Shown here: piece after piece, positions 19,111 through 27,400 of the stretch | How the letters are laid out: every line of letters begins with the position of its first letter | Numbering within the stretch: the first letter of the stretch is position 1 | Source: a bacterium | GTDB taxonomy: Bacteria; UBA8248 | DNA: 64,000 bases | Reading direction: 5' to 3' | Assembly: GCA_965213625.1 (NCBI GenBank) | Contig: CBDBZU010000004.1 | Location: 3,776,001 to 3,840,000, forward strand | The notes under the pieces: model-generated | What the model was told of the DNA's origin: nothing | The model's input: only the letters and a program-made list of their open reading frames with translations | The model's database searches: none | Translations under genes and position numbers: made by a program

Positions 19111-19396
19111 CCCTCGATACGGGCCTTCGGCCCTACTCGGGATGAGGTTTTTTTGTCCCAATTTGTCTACTCGGGATGAGGGGGTTTTTCCGTTTCCCAA
19201 GCAGCCTGCTCGGGATTAGGGGGTTTTTCCGTTTCCCACTCAGGATACTCGGGATGAGGCGGTGATGTTTTCATATTCCGGTTTTCTCAACATCATTTCA
19301 ACACCCAACTCCCTCACCCTGAGTAGCGGCGAAGCCGCGTATCGAAGGGCCTGCTTGGGATGAGGGAATGTATTCCCTCACAGGCTGTCCCAGCAA
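19111..19396. repeat. Left repeat block flanking the GIY-YIG gene (R, 34-39-bp tandem subunits, R')
   Basis: R 19111-19147; four T(A/G)CTCGGGAT(G/T)AGG subunits; R' 19312-19349; direct-repeat homologue of 19962-20311. Confidence 0.92.
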
Positions 19397-19401
19397 TCTC
19401 T

Positions 19402-19713
19402 TCATCCTTTCCGCTTGAAATCCTTCTTCGCCGCTTGCTTCAGCCCGTTCTAGTCCCCGTCAATCAGGGCGCGTTTCTTGCGGCGCGACCAGCTCTTGAT
19501 CCGTCGCTCCGCCGCGACGGCGTCGCTCGACAGTCGAAACGTCTCGCACCAGACGAGCTCAACCGGCCTTCTGCTGAACGTATAGCCCTCGAGCGCACCG
19601 CTGTTGTGCTCGCCGACACGCTCTTCGAGCGGCCGCCGAGTGACGCCGGTGTAGAAGCTACCGTCGGCGCAGCGCAGCATATAGACGAACGTCGGTAGCT
19701 CATTCGGTGACAT
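19402..19713 (-). CDS. Small GIY-YIG nuclease (UPF0213/YhbQ-like), with premature TAG at 19450-19452
   Basis: FVYMLRCADGSFYTGVT, R..EHNSG, YTFSRRPVELVW, AERRIKSWSRRKKRALI; after TAG the frame continues NGLKQAAKKDFKRKG to TGA at 19402. Confidence 0.88.
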
Positions 19714-19719
19714 GGCGTC

Positions 19720-20311
19720 CCCTTCGACAAGCTCAGGGCAGGCTCTCGATACGGGCCTTCGGCCCTACTCGGGATGAGGAGTTTTTTTACTCTCCACTCA
19801 GTCTACTCGGGATGAGGGGTCCTTTTCGATTTCTGGTATGTTCAACTTTCTCCTCAACCCGTGTAGCGGATGCAAAACCTTCCCCTCATCCAACTCCCTC
19901 ACCCTGAGAAGTGGTGAAGCTATGTATCTAATGGCCTGTCCTGAGCCTGTCGAAGGGCGCTCCCTCGATACGGGCCTTCGGCCCTACTCGGGATGAGGAG
20001 TTTTTTTGCTCCCCACTCGGTCAACTCGGGATGAGACGTTTTTTGCTTCCCACTCGGTCAACTCGGGATGTGGCGTTTTTTGCTTCCCACTCAGGATACT
20101 CAGGATGAGGCGGTGATGTTTTCATATCCCGGTTTTCTCAACACCCTCTCTTCATTCTTGTCCCTTACTCTGAGTAGCCGCTGCCTAAACCCTTCCTCAC
20201 ACTGAGTAGCCGCCGCCTAAACCCTTCCTCACCCTGAGTAGCGGCGAAGCCGCGTATCGAAGGGTCTACTCGGGATAAGGGCATATGTTTCCTCACAGGC
20301 CATCCCGGCAA
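19720..20311. repeat. Right repeat blocks upstream of the GIY-YIG gene
   Basis: Inner doublet bounded by CCCTTCGACAAGCTCAGG (19720) / CCTGAGCCTGTCGAAGGG (19940-19957); then R 19962-19998, ~37-bp tandem units, ~32-bp tandem CTGAGTAGC units, R' 20227-20264. Confidence 0.92.
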
Positions 20312-20339
20312 GCCGGACATATCTACATGTTCGCGAACA

Positions 20340-21200
20340 TCATCCGTCGAGAAACGAACCAATCTGGCGGCGGTAGTCGGCGTCGTTCATGTATTTCTTC
20401 ATGAAATCGCCCGTGGGCACGTTTTCCAGGTCTTCGGGCTCTACGCCGTCTCTAAGCGCCTTTAAGGTGGAATAGGCCGCCCCCGCCGCCGCCATGATGG
20501 GCTGGTGGCCCTGGAGCGCGACGCGCACGCCGAGACTCCCGAGATAATCCAGCCCCCGCACCTCCTTAGCACTCCCGCCCAGGATGATGGGAAGGCTCAC
20601 CGCAGCCGAGATGGCTTCAAGCTGCGCACGGCTCTGGACGCCCACCACGAAGATGGCGTCCACGCCCGCCGCCTCATAGGCCGTGACGCGCGCGACGGCG
20701 TCCTCCGTACTCGTGACGCGGGGCGCGCTCGTCCGGCCCGCAATCACCAGGTTCGGGTCCTGGCGTCCCTCGAGAGCGGCGCGCATTTTGCCCACACCCT
20801 CCTCAACCGTGCTGAGCTGCGCTCCATCCGCGCCGAAGGGCTGGGGGAGCACCGTGTCCTCGATGGAGAGGCCCGACACGCCCGCGGTTTCCAGTTCCTG
20901 GACGGTGCGCTTCACGTTCAGCGCGTTGCCGTAGCCGTGATCGGCATCCACCATCAGGGGCATCCCGGTCGCGCGGTTGATGCGCAGCGCCTGGTCGGCA
21001 AATTCCGTCATAGTGAGCAGGATGAAGTCGGGCGCGCCCAGCACGGTGAGCGAGGCGGTGGAGCCAGCGAACATCCCGACCTCGAAGCCGATGTCCTCCG
21101 CCATGCGCGCGGTGAGTGGATCGTAGACCGAACCGGGGTGCACGCATTTATCGCCTGCGAGCAGGGCGCGGAATTTCTCTCGTCTTGGCGTCCAGTTCAT
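20340..21200 (-). CDS. Oxaloacetate decarboxylase-like protein (isocitrate lyase/PEP mutase family)
   Basis: HPGSVYDPLTAR, AGSTASLTVLGAPD, VDADHGYGNALNV, SIEDTVLP. Confidence 0.85.
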   Translation of the reverse strand: MNWTPRREKFRALLAGDKCVHPGSVYDPLTARMAEDIGFEVGMFAGSTASLTVLGAPDFILLTMTEFADQALRINRATGMPLMVDADHGYGNALNVKRTVQELETAGVSGLSIEDTVLPQPFGADGAQLSTVEEGVGKMRAALEGRQDPNLVIAGRTSAPRVTSTEDAVARVTAYEAAGVDAIFVVGVQSRAQLEAISAAVSLPIILGGSAKEVRGLDYLGSLGVRVALQGHQPIMAAAGAAYSTLKALRDGVEPEDLENVPTGDFMKKYMNDADYRRQIGSFLDG

Positions 21201-21589
21201 ATGACTTCGCGGCCTCCGTCGGAATAGGTGATCTTCATCGTCACCGTGCCTTCGTTCATGAGCCAGGGGCGAATGGTGAACGCCCGCGCGCCGCTCGCAT
21301 GCATGGGGTCTGACTCGGCGATCTTCCGCGCCTCGGCGAGGGAGCCTGCGCGGATGATGATCATCCCCTCCCCCTCCCAGCGCTGCTCATCGTCGGTCCA
21401 GAAAGGCCCCGCGCCGAACATGACCCCCTTCTGCTCGAGTTCGATCTGGAACTTCAGGTGATCTTCGAGATTCTCCATCACGGGTCCCAGGCCGTTCACC
21501 GGTTTCGTGAAATAGACGTACATCTGCTTTTGCAGACAGCCAGCGCTGGCGTTCAGGATGTCCTGCACGCTGATTTGCGGCTCGCTCAT
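21197..21589 (-). CDS. YciI family protein
   Basis: HLKFQ, FGAGP, GMIIIRAGSLAEARKIAESDPMH; ATGA-coupled to the downstream gene. Confidence 0.85.
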   Translation of the reverse strand: MSEPQISVQDILNASAGCLQKQMYVYFTKPVNGLGPVMENLEDHLKFQIELEQKGVMFGAGPFWTDDEQRWEGEGMIIIRAGSLAEARKIAESDPMHASGARAFTIRPWLMNEGTVTMKITYSDGGREVI

Positions 21590-21704
21590 GGTTCGCTCCT
21601 ATGAAGGGGATGATTGTCATTTCGATTTATGGCCGGGGCACTATAGCACTTTTCATCGCGCCGGCCAGCGGCTCGGTGGCATCGCAAGAATGCGCTGCGC
21701 ACCG

Positions 21705-22562
21705 CTAGCCCGACGCCAGCATCACCATACCCAGGAGGATAAGACAGGCCCATCCCATGCGCCGGCGCAACTCGCCCTCGCCCAGCAGAATAGACCCCAT
21801 CGCCACCGTGATCAGCACGCTGACCTCGCGCCCCGGCGCGACGTAGACGATCGGCGTGAAGACGAGCGCCGTCAGCACCAGCATATACGCAAGCGGGGTG
21901 AACACGGCGATTCCGAGCACGGCGAACTTGTGTTCGCGCCAATGCTTCGCGACGGCCTGCTTGCGCGTGACGGCGTAGGGAATCAGAAACAAGGCGCGCG
22001 CCAGGTTCGACCCGTAATCGAGCAGTATCGGCGGTATGGCGAGCGCGCTTACGGCATAGGCGTCCCACACCGTATAGCTGCCGATGAGCACGCCGGTGGA
22101 AACCCCGAACAGCAGCGAACTCGTGCGCCGCGTCGAGGACCAGTCGAAGCCGCCCGTCAGGAACACGATGCCGACGATGATCGCCAGGCCGCCGAGGGCA
22201 GTCTGTATGGTCAGATTCTCGCCCAGGACGGAGACGGCGAACAGGGTGGAGAGGAACGGTCCGGTAGCCCGCGCAACCGGGTAGACCAGGGACAAATCGC
22301 CCCTGCGGTAGCCCTGCTGGAGAAGCAGGAAATAGGCCATATGCAGTGCGGCGCTGCCGACGTAAAATCCGACCTCCCGCCACTCCATGAGGGGGCGTTC
22401 GATAACATAAACGACCACTACGACCGGCAGGTAGATCAGGACCGAGAAGACGGAAAACAGCCATACGAGTTCCGGCCCGCCGTTGATGCGCTTGACCAGC
22501 AGGTTCCAGGTGGCGTGACAAAAAGCGGCGGTAAGAACCAGCGAGAGGGCAAGGAAAGTCAT
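21705..22562 (-). CDS. DMT/EamA family transporter
   Basis: AAFCHATWN, GDLSLVYPVAR, YVAPGREVSV; about 10 TM segments. Confidence 0.9.
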   Translation of the reverse strand: MTFLALSLVLTAAFCHATWNLLVKRINGGPELVWLFSVFSVLIYLPVVVVVYVIERPLMEWREVGFYVGSAALHMAYFLLLQQGYRRGDLSLVYPVARATGPFLSTLFAVSVLGENLTIQTALGGLAIIVGIVFLTGGFDWSSTRRTSSLLFGVSTGVLIGSYTVWDAYAVSALAIPPILLDYGSNLARALFLIPYAVTRKQAVAKHWREHKFAVLGIAVFTPLAYMLVLTALVFTPIVYVAPGREVSVLITVAMGSILLGEGELRRRMGWACLILLGMVMLASG

Positions 22563-22682
22563 GGGGGCACTTTACGGTCTGGAGAACGGACGCGCCAGAC
22601 CTATCCACCACTTTGGTGAGACAACTCCCTCCCCCTTGAAGGGGTTGTTGAATAAATCCAATGCGGGAGGATTTGCTTTTGC

Positions 22683-22758
22683 TGTAGGGACAGGCCTCCG
22701 TGCCTGTCCTGATTGCAACCATCCTGAAAAAGGACAACCACGGAGGGTTGTCCCTACA
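22683..22758. repeat. GTAG-type REP doublet
   Basis: TGTAGGGACAGGCCTCCGTGCCTGTCC ... GGACAACCACGGAGGGTTGTCCCTACA. Confidence 0.8.
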
Positions 22759-22794
22759 AATAACCTGTGACAACTAAAGGTACGGGCCGCTTCA

Positions 22795-23247
22795 TCAGGT
22801 ACACGAATCCCCACTCTCCTCCCGCCGCACCGTGCCGCCTACGGCGACCGCCGCGCTCAGCAAGATGAGGTTCTTGATGATGTATTGCCCCTCCAGCGTG
22901 GGGGCGAAGGGTATCTGCGTGAAGCAGACCTCGGGCAGCAGGAACAGCGGCAGAACCGTCCCCGGCATCTGCAGGAAGAGCAGGAACAGGGCGACGCGGA
23001 TGAGTGGGCGGAAGAGCAGCCCCACCCCTATCGCCACCTCCCACCAGCCGAGCAGGGGGATGAAAAAATCGGGCGGCAGCCAGTAGACCGTGCGGCGCAC
23101 GAGCTCGGCCGCTGCGCTCAGTCCAAGGGGCTTCAGAATGCCGAACCAGATGAAGACGACGGCGAGCGATATTCGGAGAAACAGCCGGCCGTAGCGGTTC
23201 ATCCAGCCCGAGATGCGGCGATCGATTTGGTCGATGTATGTGAGCAA
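22795..23247 (-). CDS. DoxX/YkgB-like membrane protein
   Basis: LRISLAVVFIWFGILK, LGWWEVAIG, PTLEGQYIIKN. Confidence 0.8.
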   Translation of the reverse strand: MLTYIDQIDRRISGWMNRYGRLFLRISLAVVFIWFGILKPLGLSAAAELVRRTVYWLPPDFFIPLLGWWEVAIGVGLLFRPLIRVALFLLFLQMPGTVLPLFLLPEVCFTQIPFAPTLEGQYIIKNLILLSAAVAVGGTVRREESGDSCT

Positions 23248-23542
23248 AGGGAACTCCGGCCCGGCGGCGGGATTTGGAGCGCGACTGCATCTGCGAATAT
23301 AGCCGTTTACCGCGCGTGGGGAAATTGCCCGAGGCCATAAAATGATTCAGGTGAGAGGATTTATCCACTCTTCCCGTCCGACACTTTAGCGGGAGAGATA
23401 CGAAAGCCATCACTTCTTCAAATTGAAAAATTCAAATCATTCGCGCATAATTTCTACACATTCTATTTATGCGCAATAGCGGAAAGAGCGGGCGGCCCCG
23501 CCTCGGGAGCCGCGGCCTCATTCTCAAACCCAGGAGGTGTGT

Positions 23543-25270
23543 ATGATTATCGAACGTGATCTGCCCGTCGAGATGGATGACGGGGTGGTGCTGCGGGTCG
23601 ATGTATTCCGGCCCGACACCAAGGCGAAGGTACCCGTCGTCCTGGCCGGCGGCCCCTACGGCAAGGGCGTCAAGTATCAGGAACACTACAAGCCGCTCTG
23701 GGATTCGCTGGTGAAGATGCACCCCGACATCCTGGAAGGCTCGCAGCACCGCTGGCTCACCTGGGAGACGGTGGACCCCGAAATATGGGTGCCCTGGGGC
23801 TACGCCTGCGTGCGGGTCGATTCGCGCGGTGCGGGCCGCTCGCCCGGCTATCTGGACATCTTCTCCCCGCGCGAGACCAAGGACTTCGCCATCGCCATCG
23901 AGTGGGCGGGGCAGCAGAAGTGGTCAAACGGCAAGGTGGGCCTGAACGGCGTCTCCTACTACGCCATCAACCAGTGGCAGGTCGCGGAACTGCAGCCCAA
24001 GCACCTCACGGCGATGATCCCCTGGGAGGGCGCCGCCGACCACTACCGCGACTGGGCGCGCCACGGGGGCATTCTCTCCAACAAGTTCATGGAAATCTGG
24101 TATCCGCGCCAGGTCGAGGCGGTACAGCACGGAAACCCCAAGGGTCCGCGCGACCACTGGATGGAGACGCGCTCGACGGGTCCGGCGTCGCTTACGAAGG
24201 AAGAACTCAAGGACAACCGCGCCGACACGCTCGCAAACTTCCTGGCGCGCGAGATGGATGACGACTGGTACCGCTCCCGCTCGCCCGACTGGTCGAAGGT
24301 GAAGGTACCCTTCCTGAGCGCGGGAAGCTGGGCGGGCTTCGGCCTCCACCCACGCGGGAACTTCGAGGCCTACACGCAAGCGGCGTCAGAAGAAAAATGG
24401 CTCGAAGGCCATCCGGGCAGGCACGAGGAGTGGTTCTATCTCGAATACGGCATGGAGCTTCAGAAGCGCTTCTTCGACTATTACCTGAAAGGCGAGCAGA
24501 ACGGCTGGGAGAAAGAACCCCGCGTATGGCTGAACCTGCGCCGTCCGTTCACCGACGAGGTGGAACTGCGTAAGGAGCACGAGTGGCCGCTCAAGGGCAC
24601 CAAGTGGACGAAGCTCTACCTCCACGCCGGCGGCAAAGGGAAACTGGACGCCAAACCGCCAAAAGCCAAACGCTCGAAAACCTTCCGGGCGCTCACGCGC
24701 GGCATCACGCTCAGGACGGCGCCACTCAAGGAAGAGACCGAGATTACCGGCCCGATGTCGGCCAAACTCTTCATCTCCTCATCCACGGTGGATGCGGACC
24801 TGTTCGTCACTGTCCAGGCGTTCTCGCCCAAGGGGCGGGAAGTGTACTTCCAGGGAACGGTGGACCCCAAGACGCCGCTCGCACAGGGGTGGCTGCGCGC
24901 CTCGCACCGGAAGCTGGACGAGGAGCTGTCCGAACCCTGGCGGCCCTACCACACGCACGACGACAAGCAGCCGCTCACGCCGGAGCGGATTTACGAGCTC
25001 GACGTGGAAATCTGGCCCCAGTGCATCGTGCTGCCCAAAGGCTTCCAGCTTTCCATCAACATCGCCGGGCAGGATTTCGACCGGCCGGGCCCTGCGGTGG
25101 AGGCCTACGTGCCATCGCGCGGGTCGGGACCGTTCTTACACGATCACCCCGTCGACCGCTGCAAGGAGGTGTTCGGCGGGCGCACCACGCTGCATTCGGG
25201 ACCAGACCACCAATCTCACCTGCTCGTGCCGATCATCCCGAAACGTCGGCCCGGCGCGGTGGCAAAATAG
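23543..25270 (+). CDS. CocE/NonD family hydrolase (peptidase S15)
   Basis: MDDGVVLRVDVFRP, VDSRGAGRSPG, WSNGKVGLNGVSYYA nucleophile, QGWLRASHR; AGGAGG RBS. Confidence 0.92.
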   Translation: MIIERDLPVEMDDGVVLRVDVFRPDTKAKVPVVLAGGPYGKGVKYQEHYKPLWDSLVKMHPDILEGSQHRWLTWETVDPEIWVPWGYACVRVDSRGAGRSPGYLDIFSPRETKDFAIAIEWAGQQKWSNGKVGLNGVSYYAINQWQVAELQPKHLTAMIPWEGAADHYRDWARHGGILSNKFMEIWYPRQVEAVQHGNPKGPRDHWMETRSTGPASLTKEELKDNRADTLANFLAREMDDDWYRSRSPDWSKVKVPFLSAGSWAGFGLHPRGNFEAYTQAASEEKWLEGHPGRHEEWFYLEYGMELQKRFFDYYLKGEQNGWEKEPRVWLNLRRPFTDEVELRKEHEWPLKGTKWTKLYLHAGGKGKLDAKPPKAKRSKTFRALTRGITLRTAPLKEETEITGPMSAKLFISSSTVDADLFVTVQAFSPKGREVYFQGTVDPKTPLAQGWLRASHRKLDEELSEPWRPYHTHDDKQPLTPERIYELDVEIWPQCIVLPKGFQLSINIAGQDFDRPGPAVEAYVPSRGSGPFLHDHPVDRCKEVFGGRTTLHSGPDHQSHLLVPIIPKRRPGAVAK

Positions 25271-25321
25271 AACGCAAAAAAGCGGCTTAAGGCCTGGCCC
25301 GAGCCGCTTAAGATGAAACAA

Positions 25322-25355
25322 ACCGGGGGTGGGGAGATATTTCCCACCCCCGGTG
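25322..25355. terminator. Strong stem-loop downstream of the CocE/NonD gene and tRNA-Val
   Basis: ACCGGGGGTGGG...CCCACCCCCGGT inverted repeat, A-rich on the left. Confidence 0.65.
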
Positions 25356-25572
25356 TCATTGTGGCCCGAGGGAGCCCCCGGGTATCTTAAGGGGCCAATC
25401 CATTATCTGAGGGGGTTGTTGAAAAAGTCCCTCAATGCGACAAAACCACCTTCATTCCGAGACCCACGCTCCGGCGTGGGTTTTCGCGTTTTTACGAGCT
25501 TGGGCTGAGCTTTGACTGACATTGCAAATCTAGACGCCAGTCGAAGGAGTGGAATCCGGAGTGAATATGCGA

Positions 25573-25648
25573 TGGTGGGCGGGAGAGGACTCGAACCTCC
25601 GACTTGTGCCTTGTAAGGGCACCGCTCTTCCAGCTGAGCTACCCGCCC
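25573..25648 (-). tRNA. trnV: tRNA-Val (anticodon TAC)
   Basis: GGGCGGGTAGCTCAGCTGGAAGAGC-GGTGCC-CTTACAA-GGCAC-AAGTCGGAGGTTCGAGTCCTCTCCCGCCCACCA; 76 nt, encoded CCA. Confidence 0.97.
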
Positions 25649-25734
25649 GTCTAGAAATGGCGCGTGGAGAATAGCATTTTGAGAGTGGGGCGGCTATCCC
25701 CAGGGCCGAAGAGAATCTGGATTTTGAGGCTCGG

Positions 25735-26834
25735 CTAAATCTGGAGTTCCCCGTCCTTCGAGAAGAGCTTTCCGTCCACGTAGACCTCGCCGCCGTCCCT
25801 TAAATCGCACACCATGTCCCAGTGAAGCGCCGAGTTGTTCTTCGATCCGCTCTGGGGATACCCCTTGCCCAGGGCCAGATGCAGGGTGCCGCCGATTTTC
25901 TCGTCGAACAGCGTGTTCTTCGTAAAGCGCTGGATGCCGGCGTTCAGGCCGAAGGCGAACTCCCCCACCCTCTTCGCGCCATCGTCCATGCCGATCATCG
26001 ATTTCATAAACGCCTCGTTCTTCTCCGCCGTCGCCTTGACGACCTCGCCCTTCTCGAATTCGAGCTCCACGCCGTCCACCTCGCGCCCCGATATGCAGGC
26101 GGGGAAGGAGTAGCGGATTTTGCCGTCGATCCTGTTCTCCTGCGGGCCGGTGAAGACTTCGCCGTCCGGGAAATTGTTGTGTCCCGAGCAGTTCATGAAC
26201 GGACGCCCCGCGATGCCGACGCGCAGGTCGGTGCCGGGCGCGCCGATTTTCACCACCTTGCGGCCCTTCAAGTAGCGGATGACGCGCGCCAGCGCTTGAT
26301 GCCGCCATCCTCGTTCGCGAAACAGGCGCCGAAGACGAAATTCTCATATTCCCGGATCCCCATCTCGGCGTCCTGGGCGTAGGCGTCGGTGGGGAACAGG
26401 GTGAGCGTCCATCTGAGACCACCCTTGCCCTTTGTTTCATGTTCTGCGGCGCGCTTCATGAAGGTCTCCATGATGGGCTGCCTGGTCTTCGAGGCGAGCG
26501 CCTGTTTCTTGGGGTCCGCGCCGGAGAGACGCCGGGTGTTCGTCTCGGAGAGTATGGAGATGACGACGTCCACGTTTTCGACTTCGAATTTCCGCATGGG
26601 CGAGAGGTAGGATATCTGCCTGCGGCTCGCGTGTTCGTAGAAAATCTCCTCGAGCCCAGGCAGCGACACCTCGGCATGGACGTGCGCGCCGCGACGGACG
26701 CACTCGGCGTACAGCGCGCGGATGAGGGGAGCGGCGGCCGTGCTGCCCCGGATGCCCACGAGATCATCCCGCTTTATTTTTGAGGAATACCCCGTGATGA
26801 TCTCCGCCATCCGCTCCACGCGTACATCTTCCAT
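25735..26834 (-). pseudogene. Aminopeptidase (M29, AmpS/AmpT-like), frameshifted near 26285
   Basis: N-half (WTLTLFPT..AQDAEM...YENFVFGAC) and C-half (NFPDGEVFTGP, GEFAFG, FDEKIGGTLHLALG..Y, LHWDMVCDLR) are in different frames; 1100 nt total. Confidence 0.85.
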
Positions 26835-27400
26835 CGCTTTCTCTCCCTTGATGATTTGTTCCGGTAATGCCGTAGACGGCTTCACTCGATTCACGGCCCG
26901 CACCTAACGACGCAGGGAGCCGCGATGAATCCTGAAGGCATGATACAACAAAACGGCGGCGGGGTTCAGGGGGCGGGGGGTTCGCGCGTGATGGAAATCA
27001 CTTCTAACGGTTTGCACTAGAAGGAGCGAGTCAAAATATCCTCCGCTTCACCCCATGTAATGAGGCGAGTACTCCATAGGAACCAACCCATTCGCCCGCC
27101 CATATTTCGCATTGATCATCAATTCGAGTGCAAGGGACAATCTCCTCTTGAGATTGATACCAACTTTCGCACCCTTGCGCAGGGATAGATTGCGTTAATC
27201 GCAGTTCCTTCTTCCTTAGTCGGAACTGTCCACATCGATCCGTAAACGCTCCTTTCCAGCAGAGTCGATTTCCATCGCCACGACAGCTTGCGCGGCCAGT
27301 ACGAGTCGGAGTAGATTGCCTGCCGCCGGAAAAAATCTCAGCTACATCGTTGGCGCAAGTTTATTTGGCAGCTACGGGTGAGGACCACTTCGCCCCTGGT

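Noticed and set aside
19450-19452. Pyrrolysine or recoded TAG in the GIY-YIG gene
   Set aside because: TAG is used as a normal stop in several genes here, no pyl genes are seen, and a TGG to TAG mutation is simpler.
19134-20264. CRISPR array suggested by regularly spaced 32-39-bp repeats
   Set aside because: Intervening sequences are homologous to each other rather than unique spacers, orientations are mixed, and there are no cas genes.
22600-25648. tRNA-Val-anchored genomic island or prophage
   Set aside because: No integrase and no duplicated tRNA 3' end found by eye in the window.
26265-26300. Programmed ribosomal frameshift in the aminopeptidase
   Set aside because: No slippery heptamer, and residues appear to be missing, which fits a deletion.
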